A DNA stretch of 61,959 bases, counting the filler, from Choristocarpus tenellus KU-1152 (taxonomy: Eukaryota > Protista > Phaeophyceae): NCBI GenBank assembly GCA_964200185.2. It is 11 parts of 11 records of this genome, joined end to end, with 100 filler letters (N's around TTAATTAATTAA, not from the genome) between each part and the next. Parts side by side here need not be neighbours in the genome. Positions count along the whole stretch, not along the records: positions 1 to 5,099 come from CAXNAD020011879.1; positions 5,200 to 13,028 come from CAXNAD020005522.1; positions 13,129 to 17,570 come from CAXNAD020014537.1; 8 more parts are not named here. One strand, 5' to 3'. The first letter of the stretch is position 1. Every line of letters begins with the position of its first letter. This document shows positions 1 through 13,140 of this stretch, piece after piece. The position numbers and the translations under genes were made by a program. The notes beneath the pieces were generated by a model that searched no databases, was not told the DNA's origin, and saw nothing but the letters and a program-made list of their open reading frames with translations.

Positions 1-784
1 TTTCTTTCAGGTTGTTTTTCTGTTTTTTTGTTTTTTTTGTTTTTTTTACCAAAGCTTTTGTTTTCTCTTTTTTTTTTTTAGTACTACGGGATTGAGAATT
101 AGGGGTTAGGGTTAGGGCTGGTTATGGAGATGATTTTTTTTATTTTGTGAGGACAGAGGAAAAGGTAATCACGGAAACTGATTGAGACTCTTTTTTTTTG
201 TCATCGGAGTCTTTTTATTTTTTCCGTTTCGATATTTTTTTATTTTATGTATGCGCTGTTCTTATTCACCCACGTCATTTCATTTTATTTTTAAAAAAAA
301 CATTGCCCGGTATTTTAAAAAAAATGAAACAATCTTTTGTGGTGACTTGTTGGTGCAGTTCGAGTGATTCTTTAATAGATTTGTGATGGGGCTATAGTGG
401 TGATGATATTGTAGAAATATACATATATACATACATTTTATTTTTTGAGTTATCTTTCTCCGTTCTTTTGTAACTGATAATAAAGCCAGTTTGGGTTTGG
501 ATTGGTTCTGTGCCTGCGCACTTATATTGGTTTGTATGTGTATTCTGAGTCGTTTTGTGTGTTGCAATGGGTGTTTCCCCCTGCTTGCTAGAGGGTTACA
601 GGCTATTTGACGTTTTTCTGTCAGATAATTATATTTTCTTTTTTAGTGTATAGAGTACTCTATATCTCAATTGTTTTTTCATTATTATCTTATTTGATCT
701 CTATATATTATTATTGTTTAAAATAACTTTAATTTGAAATTTTATTATTATTATTGCACTGTAGGTGTGTTGTGAGATAATCAG

Positions 785-3700
785 ATTTTATTCCAAGAGA
801 AGATAAACCCATTGGTGGACGAGTTACTGAAATTCGAATCTGATCAAAGGTACGCCTTCCATGAGAGGAGTTTGTAGTATCGTGGTGGCGGGGAGGGGTG
901 TCCTGACCAATGATGGGTTGGGTATGAAGGGCGGGTCATTGGTGGATGGAATCAACAAAGTGATTAAGAATCAACTAACTGATCAAGAATCAACTAAGTG
1001 GTGGTTATTTTTCAATCCTTATCTGTCAGTTCCTTTCGAGTTGTAAACAATCTATATACTGGCTCTATTTATGTATGTATGTATTTGGTATGTATGTAAG
1101 AGATGTGTGTGTATGTGTATGTATGTATGTAAGTATTGGTATATATGAAAAGAATTTTGATTGAATTGGGTGGAAGGTGATAATGGCGCCTCTCTTTTGA
1201 AAGTGAAATCAAATATTGGTAGGAGTTGCTCAAGCCTCTGAAGATGTGGATCTTTGATCAGATCGGATCAGATAAGATCAGATTGCTTGGGGTCTTAGAA
1301 CAGAGATGTAGTAGGGTGTTTGTGTGGCGTAAGGTGTACCATTCGTTGAGATAGGTAATGCTCTGTGTTACAGATTAATGGTATCGAAAACGATCTTTTT
1401 TATAATTTTATAATTTTACTTCAGCACTCTTACTATTAATTATTGCTGTTAATTTCTTTTTATGGGATGTGATATTGAGAGTACACTTGTGAAAACAGGC
1501 ACTTTGATCTGGCTATTTTTTTATTCATGCTTTGTCTTTGCATATAACATCGATGAATTCAATTATAAAAAATGTTTAATTTCTATACAACAACAAATAA
1601 TTGTAATTAGGATACAAATATAATAAATTATTACAATCAGGATGCAACAACAATTCATTGGTACAATCAAGGTACTTGGGGTGCTTCTTTCATCGCTTCA
1701 TGCAAGTACAGATACAAATATATATATATACACACACATTTTGTTCATTGTGGGTGGTGCAATTATCTTTTCATATCTGATGATGAACATTTCATTTTTA
1801 AAAAATTAATCGTGTTAGGTTAAGGATGGTGACAGAGAGGATACAGATCTGCTGGTGAAGCTACTTGGTGTGGAGGAAAAGGATCAGGTATTTATTTATA
1901 TGTATATATAAGTGTATTGTTTTTTCTGATGACTTAAAGTAGTTCACATTTTACTTTCATTTAACTTTTAAAGCTATTTTTTGTTTCTTGAACCTTGATA
2001 TTCGGTACACTTCTATACCACTGACTTTCGTGGTGTTTATTTTGTTTAGTTTAATAATATATATTTTTATGCATTGGGGGTCAGTCGTCCTGGTTGTTTT
2101 TTTTCATGAGTTCTTTTTTTAGATTTTTTTTCTCTTTGAATTTGAAAAAGAGTAGTACAAATTGTGTCATTTTTGTTTTTGATTTTTTTTGTCTGGGTTT
2201 TATCTATATTTATTTATTTTTTGAACTGAATTTTATTCCAACGGTTTTTGAACCTTTGTGTGTGTGTTTTTTTTGGGAGATGTATATGTCCAGAACCTTG
2301 TGATCTCATTGTTCGATTTAAGACTGATTTATTGTTTATTGTGCAATGGCATCTTTCTCACGTAATCAATTTTATTATTCTGAACAGTGATGTTTATTTT
2401 TTTATGGTAGTACTTACTGCTGTCACTGACATCAAAAATATTATTTTTCTGTTACATTTCTTTGTTTAATGCAATAGTAGTGTCATTAAAAAAAAACATT
2501 TTGGATATTGATCGTTGCCTGGTTTTCAAACAAGTATTTTTTTATGTATGATGTTTGATATTTCTCCCTGTTGTTTTGGAAAAGATAGAGGGTAGTTGAC
2601 AAAAAAAAAAATTAAGTTGAAATTAAAAAAATTATTTATAACTATATTTTTATTATATATATATATATATATATATATTATTTTTTGTAGGTGAAGTCTT
2701 ACCGGGAGGCAAGTGGGCCCACTGTTATGCAGCAGTTGACAGAGAGCGTGGCGGAAGGACTGAGCACTGGAGTGTTCTCAGATGAGGCTAAGGCTATGAA
2801 CAAAGAACTCGCTGAGAAGTACAGTGTGAGTAGTTAGTAGTAGTTTGCTGGTTGGGATTATAGTTAGTAGTACTATACGATGTCGTATGTAGCATTTTTT
2901 TAAATATTGATGTATTGTTGATTGGTTTGTTGGTTGGTTGGGTATTGCGTTTTCGATGATGAGGAACAAATAAAAAAGGACGGCTTAGGAATGGTATGAG
3001 AATGTGGTATGATTTGTTTTGAACTTTTTTTTTCCGAGTTTTTGTGTTTGTTTTGAACTGGTGAGGTTGTCGTTTTTGTGTATCTATCTCTGTGTGTGTG
3101 TTTTTTTTGTTTTTGTTTTTGAACGGGGATTCTTTTTTTTTTGTTCTGGATTTAGTGTTTTTTGTTTGTTTGGGTGAAACGTTGGCATTAAGGTATGAAA
3201 TAGTTAATAAGTTAATTGATTGTAATGCATTGTATTATATATATCCGTGTTAATTTTGAAGTAGTTGTAACAACATGATTGTAGCACACTGTGTTATATC
3301 CGTGTGTTACTTTTGAAGTTTGAATGGAATCTCAGATTCCGCCGAGGATTGTCTAGGGGTCTTAGTTGTTGCTTTTGGTGGGAACATCAACAATTGTAAA
3401 GACATGACTAAAGCTATTGTAAGTCTTAGTTGTGGTCACCGAGATGAACGTACGAATGTATGAAAACATGACTAAAGCTCTACCCTTTTGATTTTGAGTT
3501 GAGAACCGTTTTTGGTGCCTTTTTGTTTGTTGCCCAGATCCCTGAGGTAGTGATGACTGAGAAGGCCATGCAGCTCTATGCGGAGACGCTGGGGGCGTGG
3601 GCGAGCCAGGGGCGTATCCTACTTGACAATGAGAAGGACTTGCTCGACAAGATGATGGTCTTCCTGGACCTCAGTCAAGATACGGTGGACGCCATCCACT

Positions 3701-5078
3701 ACAAGGTGATGGTGATGTCAAGATGCGAGCGAGACCGTAGTTCAACGTTACGATTTCTTTTTTTTTGTTAGTAATTTAATATATATATATATATTTATAA
3801 TTTTGAAAAAAGGTGTTACTGATAGTAGTATCTAATGGTCCGAACAAACTGTGTAGTGTGATATTTTAATTATTATTATATATGTGTAGGTGTTGTTGGG
3901 GATGGACCGGTTGTATTTTGTTTATTGATATGACATTTTTTTCTAGCTTTATTGCTTCTGTTTTTTTGTTTTTGATCTGTAATTAAGCGTGCTTGTGAAA
4001 ATGATAAAATTGTAAAAAAAATGATTCACTTCTTGATGCGCTAGTTAAATTTTATATTGTTTTTATTTTATATTTTATTTGTATTTAAATTTTTAATACT
4101 ATTTGTATATTACATTTTTTTTAGCACCTCCGTCCTTGTGATAATGATTATAATAATAATAATATTTTTTTTATGTTTTACTTAAAATCATCAGTACCTC
4201 TTTGGTGAGTAGTTCACTTAGGTAGTAACTTCGATATTCAAATATCAGAACTGTATTTTTTTTTAAAGATATTGTATGGTGATTGTGGCGTTAGGGGGTG
4301 AGGTTTGGTATTTGAAAATCAGAATTCAAAATCAGGAGGTCATATTGTACAGATGATTTTGAAGAGAGCTCAGGATGAAGCGGAATATATATATTGAGCA
4401 AATCCATTTCAAATGCAATGGATTTGGTGTTAGGCTTTGACTTGATTCGGAGAGAATCTAAGAGGAAGTAATACATATATGTATGTATATAGATATATGT
4501 TTATGTACATGTAAATTTGCTTAGTGTGCAAGTGCCCTCTAGTGCTGATATGAAGTAGTGTAGGACAAGATCTGTTCTATTTTTTATTTATCTCTCTCTC
4601 TCTCTCTCTCTCTCTCCCTCTCTCTTTACAAGTGTTTATTCTCTTTTTATATTATGTATGTTAAAAAAGTGTACATAGGTTGAAAAAAATGAATCACTTT
4701 TTTATTTTATTTTATCACTTTCTGTTTTTTTTCTTCATTTAAAATCATTTCTATTTTTATTATATAACGAGTCTTCTTTTTTCTCTCTCTCTTTTCTGTA
4801 GGATGATTTGATTGGTCGAACCCAACCCTGCCAAGTAAGTATGCAGGGTATTTAATTACTAACCAGTGTAATGCCAGGTGTGAATGTCCTGTGAGCAACA
4901 CGCCTTCCTATGGAAGTAACCCGTTGCCCACCCACCTTCCGTTTCCGTTTTTTCTTTCGTTATCTCAATTTTTTTGTTATCCCAAAACGCCTTACCGGTT
5001 TAATTTTTTTTTTTTAATTTGTGCAGTTCTGTGGAAGCACCTACATCAAGTGCGTGCTGGAAGCGATGGGCTCCACCG
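785..5078 (+). CDS. Internal exons of a large helical protein, Tic110-like (plastid inner-envelope translocon component); partial
   Basis: Phase-compatible GT-AG exons 785-849, 1836-1887, 2691-2825, 3538-3705 and 5027-5078 splice to ILFQEKINPLVDELLKFESDQREDTDLLVKLLGVEEKDQVKSYREASGPTVMQQLTESVAEGLSTGVFSDEAKAMNKELAEKYSIPEVVMTEKAMQLYAETLGAWASQGRILLDNEKDLLDKMMVFLDLSQDTVDAIHYKFCGSTYIKCVLEAMGST. The exons are GC-richer islands in very AT-rich introns. Gene structure is well supported. The Tic110 name rests on my recollection of a Y..xVLEAMGSTG motif in ochrophyte Tic110 and needs a BLAST check. Confidence 0.6.
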
Positions 5079-5099
5079 GTGGGGGGTTTTTTAGGGGGG

Positions 5100-5199
5100 N
5101 NNNNNNNNNNNNNNNNNNNNNNNNNNNNNNNNNNNNNNNNNNNTTAATTAATTAANNNNNNNNNNNNNNNNNNNNNNNNNNNNNNNNNNNNNNNNNNNN
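5100..5199. other. Artificial contig linker 1 (44 N + TTAATTAATTAA + 44 N)
   Basis: Identical 100-nt spacer occurs ten times; the 12-mer is palindromic and places stop codons in all six frames. Confidence 0.99.
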
Positions 5200-8100
5200 T
5201 TCATCCATAACCTTCTCGCCAGAACACTGAACCCCCCCAGCCTCCGCTGCCCCCACCCCCCCCCCCCCGCCCCGCCCCTCTCCGATCTCCACTACACCCA
5301 GTCCATCCAGACAGACAGACACCCCCCTTGAATTACATTTTGCTCTCTGCCTTCCTCCTCCTCCACCTCCTCAGCAATTGCAGCATCATGTCCAGCTTCC
5401 AAGTGATGTTTTTGGCACACAGTCATCACTCCATTCTTTTCAACCTTTACCAGGTATTTGACCCCATAAAAATTTACCCAGCACCAAGTCAATAGCACGC
5501 ATGCAGTGTGGGCAAGGCAGATCGCAGTTCTGTTTGAGTTCGGAGTTTTGGTTGACACAGATGGCAACACTCTAGTACCCTGCAAACAAATATGTGATTT
5601 TTAGTGTGTTGCAGAAGGCTACTCCATCAGGGATTGCAAAAAATACCACCCTCTCGATGGTCACTACCCTAGCACAATGCCAGTGAGAGGGATGGATTGT
5701 TTCATCAGCAACCCACCTTCAGCAGTTTCAGTTGCTTCGGGTCAACACGTCTAAGACTCTAACATCAGCACTATGGCGCAACACTGAAGGCGTTATCGCC
5801 AACACCAAGAAAAAAAAGAAGGCGCATTATACTACTTCTAGTACCACGTAGTACCACATAGTACCACAAGACGAACTGAGAAAGGGAGGGACCCATTCAT
5901 CAAGGTCAAATCTAGGTCAGGTACTGCTGCAAGGGAGTTGTGGTCTATATTCTCTCAAAAGAAGACACAAAAGGAGAAAGAGAGAGAGATGACGGCATGT
6001 AGAGGAGGGCCAGTTGGTGGGGTTGTAACTCCGGTCTGCTCAGACATGGATCACTTACCATTACTGGTTCACTCCACTCATCCTCAAGATCATCCTCGTC
6101 GTTCACAGAGATGATGAGGCCCCCAGTCATGTTATTGGCTGGTGCCTGCAGGGCACCACGCTCATCACCATTGTCCATCTGCTAAGGATTGGGTGGAGAC
6201 CACCGGAAGAGAGGACAGTGAGGTTAGGTTATACACAGAGCACGAACTACAAAAGAGGAGGAATCTGCCTGTATGGTGACAAGATGGATAAATGACAACA
6301 TCTTGCATTGGGGTCCTGAAAAGTGAATGGAAATTTAGATAGAAGCAAAAACATATACACAAAACACACCTTAAATGAATAACTATAAACACACATATAT
6401 GATTGATCTACCGGGAGATAAAAGCACCATCCCTTTCTTCACAGTCGGGAGTATCTATAATGACCAGATAGGCGACCAGAACAAGAGACGGCAAAAGCTA
6501 AAAAAAAATGTGGTTGGGCTCTCTACAAGGAGAAAAAACTCTCAGCGGCAATTCCGTCACCAATGCATAACCCCAAACCCATAACATAGGCGGGCAATAT
6601 GCGTAGCATTTGCTGTAATGTAGGCTTGACAGTGATCCCCTAAACACTGAGTTGCATGTGCGGGTGTGGCTTTAGTACAGCTGCAACCAATTACCACGAT
6701 CAACCATCATATAACTGGTATTCCCGCAACCCCTTCATCTTATCATCGGGAACAATACACCTTCATGTTTGCAACAACCTCAACAGCATACCTCCTATCA
6801 ACCTCAGCCTCAAGTAGATTTACCACCTCACTGGCTTCAGGACCAAGATCCTAGCCCTTACGAGGGCACAAGCCACCTAGGAAGACATATTGGAGGGGCA
6901 AGGAAGTGTTGGGAGAAGATCAAATTGTTGGGGGTAGAGGAAGGTTGCTTCTTGGTAGATAAGCACCAAGCCCATGTCGACTGACCACCGTTTGACCTAC
7001 AAATCCTATCACTTTCTGATGCAGAATACCGACCTAGAACGCGAAGCCAGGTCCTCCTGAGTTGAGGGGTGCGACTGGGTGTGGGACGTGGATAGGTGTG
7101 GGTCTCTGGATTCAATTTGTAACCTTGTCGGTGATTGTTGACAAAATTCAACAATGATGTATACGAAACCAAAGCTAGTCCAGTGTAACAATATACTTCC
7201 TATAAGCTCGTTTCATGGGAAAACTCACAGCTGTCGCTCGCTAAGACGCTGCGCACATGGCGGGATCCAAGCTCCCCCAATTTCATGACCCTACCACCAT
7301 TTTGAAATCACAAGGGGGTTTGGAACAGAGGAAACAGCGCAAAGCCAAGGCAGAAAGAAGGTATAGCTAAGCACCTGTGGTGTGGTCCTGAGCGGTGGTG
7401 GGCTGGAATCCGGGCTAAGATCACAGGAGGCGTCAGGATAAATTTAAGGATGGATGCCCAGATGTCCCGATGATTTGTGAACCGAAGATGACCGAATATT
7501 TTAGTTATTATCACGAGTTAAATATATCGTTTAGAGAGAACAGGTCGATATGACTGTATATGTAGTTATTTGGTATTATACAATAATATAGTAGATAGTT
7601 TTCATTGGTTTCCCCCTGACACATCTGCAAAATGTCAGAGGGCATAATAATAAAATATATAGTAGCGGATATATATGTAGGTCGGTTCCCAGATTTAAAA
7701 AAAACTCATCCACTAATTATCTAATTATGGTGTCTGTAGTACTGTTATGACAAATGAGACAAGCGCGCCGAGTACTACGGATCTGTTGGTCCTCTGTAGT
7801 TTTAATCTCAACCCTTTTGCGATGGAAAGTATTGGACACATCGGTGAGCAAGAACAGAGAAGTTCCTCGATGAGTTGGCCACCAGGATCCATGTGGTAGA
7901 AGGGGGGAGAAAGAGCGTTTAGGGGATACAATAGGAAAGGGTTTGTCAAGATCAATTTCAGACAGATGGTCGCACCTGTAACTGCATGGGTATATAGCTA
8001 CTACTTCAAGGAGGGTCATGAATATCTGGCTTGGAACACCTGGCTGGTATGTGGGCATGAAGGAGCCTCTTTCTGATTGTTAGGATTTTTTCCCTCCCTT

Positions 8101-9073
8101 ATTGTCCACCTTGCTAGGGCTAGGCTGGAGGCATAGTAATGGTGTGAGTATTGGTTGTTAGGAAAATCTTCAAATGAACCTTATTGTATAATGTATAGGA
8201 CATTTTTTTACAAGTCTTTTGGAAGTGACAATACTCTTTTTGTGTAAAACGTTTTGTATTTTTTATCTTCGTTTTTCCCTCCCCTCCTAAGACACATCAT
8301 TTATTTGTACAACGTTATTGGGATTTCATTTGTGGGCATACCCCTGAGGGGTACTATCTCCCTGCACAAAATCGAAACCCCAATACATAAGAAATACTTT
8401 GTTTAGGTACCAATATCACAATGACCCCCTGTAAAATTACTAGTTGTCGTAAATGTGAAAGATGCATCTCGAAAATCTATTTGCTATTTGAATACCAGCG
8501 ACTTCATATTCTGTAGGTACCAAAATATAATCACGGAGTATGGTGTGCGTGTATGGTGACCCCCAATTTCACATTGATTTGGATTGACAGAAATGTAAGA
8601 TCGATTTAGGAAATATTTCAAATTACGCACATTGATTGAAGGGACCGAAGTGGTGTCTTGAATGAAGACAGGATGTTGATACAAGATTCTCCCACGAACG
8701 GATGGATCTCAATGTTCCTGTCAAAATAGTTGGTATAGTATCAATCGTTGGTCTGAGTATGTTCTCAGATATCTTTGCAACTAACTTGATATCTTGGTAA
8801 ATCCACTACCTCTCTTTTGAGCAACATCAGCGTCTTAGTAGTGGAGTATGATATTTGAATTGACTAATTAGAGTGTGCTCGTCAAGAGAAAAAACGGTTT
8901 GAAATCATCTGGTTTGGAGAGTGAGGTGTATAATAATAGGTAATTAGTTGAAGTCCAAAACAACCCTACATTCATTTATCTTACATCAGTATGAATGACT
9001 TGTATCACTTTCACCACTTGACCACGCATCAGCAGTAGTACATGAGCACAACTGCCTATACCCACTGTCTAGT

Positions 9074-9804
9074 ATGGTATTTTTTTCTCCCCTCCTTACA
9101 TTTGTCATAATGATGCTACCTTACGTTGTGTCGCTTGTTCCTGCTGCTCGTGGTTGGGATGTTGGTCTTACATCCCAGCTACTCATAACAACTTCTCAAC
9201 CCAGGGGTTACCAAGGATTCAGGATACGCGAAATCAAGCGAAAATGTAGTGACATGACGGGTATAGAGAAAGAAGGCGTGGGTTGCAAGAGAACTTGTCG
9301 AGGTCAGAACATAAGTCTATGAAAGTCTTCCAGTTTTTTTGGATCAAGTCAACCTGTTCCTCAGTCGGAGAAGTTTAAGAACATCCTTCAACGCTTACTA
9401 ACATGCTGCCTATATCGAAACTTTAAGAAATTGGTTTACGGTATTTGATGCACTATTACTGACACAACATCCTCTTTCAAGTCATTCCCGCTGTCAACCC
9501 TCAACCCTATCCCCATGTGCGTTTCATTTTGCACTGGGTATGAGCAGAGTGTAAGAGCACTTACTTGGACGAAGAGAATTTCTCGACATCCTGCAGATTT
9601 CACAAGGGGCGATGGATGGGCGCGGAACGTAGCAAGCATTATGGGACGAGGAGTGGGGGCAGACTTTTGGGGCTAGAGTCTTTCTGGGACTGTTGTGGAG
9701 CTACCTCTGCAGACGCCCCAGGGTGTATGACCGGTCGTCACAGGTCATACGATGACGTTGAAGACGTCGATGTATTTGTCAGTGGTGGAGTGACTAGCAA
9801 GTGA
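9074..9804 (+). CDS. Two-exon, 161-aa protein with bipartite plastid-type presequence and CHORD/Btk-like Cys/His (zinc-binding) domain
   Basis: Exon 1 is 9074-9302 (donor GTCAGA) and exon 2 is 9548-9804 (acceptor GAGCAG). The phase-1 join restores RTCRECKSTYLDEENFSTSCRFHKGRW...FWDCCGATSADAPGCMTGRHRSYDD. The N-terminus MVFFSPLLTFVIMMLPYVVS-LVP is a hydrophobic signal peptide followed by an S/T/R-rich segment. Confidence 0.82.
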
Positions 9805-11343
9805 GTGCTGTTGCTTGCAAATGCCTTGCACTGCATGTAGAGGTATGGTTGATGCCGTTGCACAGGAAGGATGAAGAAATCCATACTTTTGTCCATGTCA
9901 TATCCGAAGCATGACCATCCCTCATACCACGAGGAGATGCAGTATGTTGCATTGAATATTTTCTGCCTCGTCTATATACTCTATGAATACCTTTGCTATA
10001 GCCGGATATGGTGTCACAGGATTGCTCAGCAGAAATGTTCAGAAGACAGAGTCAGGAAGCTACGCTGTCTTTGTTTTAGTTGAAGACCTGTGTGTTATGT
10101 AAAGTGAGGCAGATACTGCATTTGATTTTTTATTGTGTTGCTGGGATTTCACAGGATAAATGCATGATTAGTAGTATCGAGTGAGATTATGCGTTTATTC
10201 GACACCTAGTACAGTGATTCCTAGGTTATTTCTGATGATCAGTGTTAGGTCTACCTACAATAAAATTCAACTCTTGTTTCCTTCTTCTAGTTACGACGAA
10301 TATCAACATCTTATGAGGAGGTAGACAGGTAGGGGTGTGAATTGTGGTAATAAACAAATACCACCAAGTGCTTGTCCCAGGAGTATTTTCAGCATACCAT
10401 TGCGCTTTATCGTGGTGCTTCATGCACCTGGGGACTTACAGTGTCCTAGCACATTCCATCTACCTACAGATTTCCTCTTGAAGGATTGAAGAACGTTGAA
10501 CTCGTTTGTCAGAAAATATTATATATTTGAAGGGGGGATGTCTTAAATGTGAATTTGTTGTCGTTATCGTTAGTGTGTGGCCATCTTGCAGTCCCAATCC
10601 ACGGCTCAATAGGATGTTTTCCAAGGTCATCAGGCTGCGAGGATACTCTAATTTCATTACAATGATCAGATGTATGTGCCTTGACAAAGAACCAGTTTTG
10701 ACAATCACATTATTCAAATGGGGTAATGTGAGGAAGAAGACGAATGTGAACGTTTATGTACAGGCTGGTTGCAAGATACCACCGGCAGAATGTTTTTGTG
10801 GTGACAAGGGTGATTGAACATACAACGAACTGTCAGGACTCTAGATAGGGAACAACCTGTCGATGGGTGCACAGTGATATAAAGGTTTGTCTTGGAGGAA
10901 TGCTCATGTTTTGAGGTTTTACGAAAAAGTAGATAGTCTATTAAAGGTATAGTGCTGTATGTACTGCAAGTGTGCCGTCAAGTAGAAGGCAATAGAGTGC
11001 TGTGACCTCTGCCAAAGGTCTCCTATTGTCCCGTGCTTCAAAATGGGATTAGATTAGCAACTCAAGTGAGAGGTTGTCATCTTGAGTGCTTCGTTTCCAA
11101 ATTTTTAGTGATGACTCTCCAAGAATGGACAACGAAACATAAGGTTGAAATCCGTGAGTTGTTAGTATAAGTATATATGCTTCTATGTAGAACTATGTCA
11201 AAAACGTGTGAAAAAAACGCTCAATCATTTTTTTACATCCAGTAGTGTAAACCTTGTGTGTTGCTTCTTGTGTCTTCCCATGACAACATCTGCAATATTT
11301 TATTTGACTTAAGAATTGAAAAAATATGATGGAAAGAAGAAAC

Positions 11344-11581
11344 GAGTCAGTAAACGAGAGGTAAGCAGAGTTGCAGTTTAAGGATGCTGACAAGTATGTC
11401 TAAATCAAAAGTGTATAGTATAGGAACGTTTCTGAATTCTGTCGAAAATTTAATTCAAGAAGTCAACGGTTATAAGTCAAACTTAGTACTTCCATAGACA
11501 TGTAGGTGAATCACAAAGATTGAAAAACTTTCTTAAAATGCAAAACGGGAAGACCTGGGTACCTCTCATTTACTTTGGCTC
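11344..11581. mobile_element. MITE family D copy (degenerate TIRs)
   Basis: Left end GAGTCAGTAAACGAGAGGTA, right end TACCTCTCATTTACTTTGGCTC. Internal sequence aligns by eye with 23138-23398. No TSD preserved. Confidence 0.7.
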
Positions 11582-13028
11582 TCAAGTACTCCAAATACTT
11601 CGAAGTAAGTATCTTCATCAGGGTAACAATAAGCACCACACAATGGTAAAAATGTAGTATGTGCAACAGAGTGTATTTGCTTTCAATGAAGGCCTTCCAG
11701 TATACCAACAGTAGTAGTAGCATATTTCAATGACAAGAAACCATCCCTGCTTCACGCTAGGAACCAATACAATTGCATTGTACCTGAAGACAGTCAAGGA
11801 ACACGTATTAACACAAGTGGTTGAAACTAGTTCAAGAGTGGCACTATGAAAGGTGATGAAGAAACAAGGTAAGAATCCCACAAGTCAGTCAACCCACCTG
11901 CCTTCCTTACCACCCAAGTGTCCCAACCTTTGAAGCACATGACGTTGCCATCAAGTTGCCATAAGTGCTGTAACGGACACGATCTGTCATAGGTTTATCT
12001 TCACTACTTCCTTCTATAGTCCCCAGCCCCCGTACCGCCTACTACTTGAGTCGCCAGCTCATCCAGGCATGGCTCTGCCTGTGTGCCTAGACATGCAAAG
12101 CTTTGCACAGTGCAAGTGTAGAGTTTGAAATCACAAGGGTCAAGTTTCGCTTCCAACCCTTTGTAGCAATAGTGGTAACACTCTTGTTCAGTGACAATTC
12201 TTGTATGTGTCAGTTCGCTCGGACCTTTGCAAAGGCCACATCCAGGAGGATACACTTTTACAAGTAGGGAGCAGTGGCTGTATCGGACAGTACCCCACCA
12301 TGGAATACTGCATCCGTGCGGAAATTCGTATGATTGGGCAAGGGATGTCCAAGTACCTGCATATACCGCCCTTTTGCTGAACCATAAGTATATGCTTCTG
12401 CACTCCCCCTCTGACTCAAGGGCATGCACATGCATGTCCAACATATATCAACACCTTGAGTCCACTGCATCCAGTCACGGGGCAGCAGTTGGACAGTGCC
12501 TCCTTTTTGCCACACCTCTTTAATTAGTATAATTTTCTTGATTTACAACCCCTGGCCATGGGTCGAACTAAAAGTGTGAATGGACAGGGGTAGTATTTTG
12601 GGATGATGGATGTTATGGCATATTTGAGGTCAACAAGCGTTATCTGAACCAAACTCGTTTCAGAGCAAATGACATCAAACGTTGCCTGTTGAAACCTGGA
12701 TTCGAATGAATCGTGTTTTCTCGTGCAGTAACTGATTTTGTAACGAAGGGGTATCATAGTGCAGTATAGCACCAGTGAATTTGTTCTGATTAACTTGATG
12801 ACATGCTTTGCTCAGTCAGGTGTTGTTTGATGTGAAATCGAGGTTATTCCTTGGAACACTCAAAGGAAGAAATGGTCTGAGTAGAGACTTGCACCTTGAA
12901 AGAGAAGGTTTTGGGGGATGTTTTAACTCTGAATATATTGCATCCAGGTGTGTATTGTTCGTAGATAGTGCTGCTGGTACACTATAGACACCATCGGTGG
13001 AGTAGATTGGGAAATGCTGACACCACTG

Positions 13029-13128
13029 NNNNNNNNNNNNNNNNNNNNNNNNNNNNNNNNNNNNNNNNNNNNTTAATTAATTAANNNNNNNNNNNNNNNN
13101 NNNNNNNNNNNNNNNNNNNNNNNNNNNN
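13029..13128. other. Artificial contig linker 2
   Basis: Same 100-nt N/TTAATTAATTAA spacer. Confidence 0.99.
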
Positions 13129-13140
13129 ATACTTTGAGCC
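13129..13140 (-). mobile_element. Family A TIR remnant at contig start
   Basis: ATACTTTGAGCC is the reverse complement of GGCTCAAAGTAT. Confidence 0.6.

Noticed and set aside
9541-9543. In-frame TGA in a UxxC position (TGA GCA GAG TGT), suggesting selenocysteine
   Set aside because: The TGA lies in the intron; splicing 9302 to 9548 supplies a normal CRECK motif.
12004-12772. Cluster of overlapping ORFs in contig 2
   Set aside because: No consistent frame, splice structure or motif; probably decayed repeat DNA.
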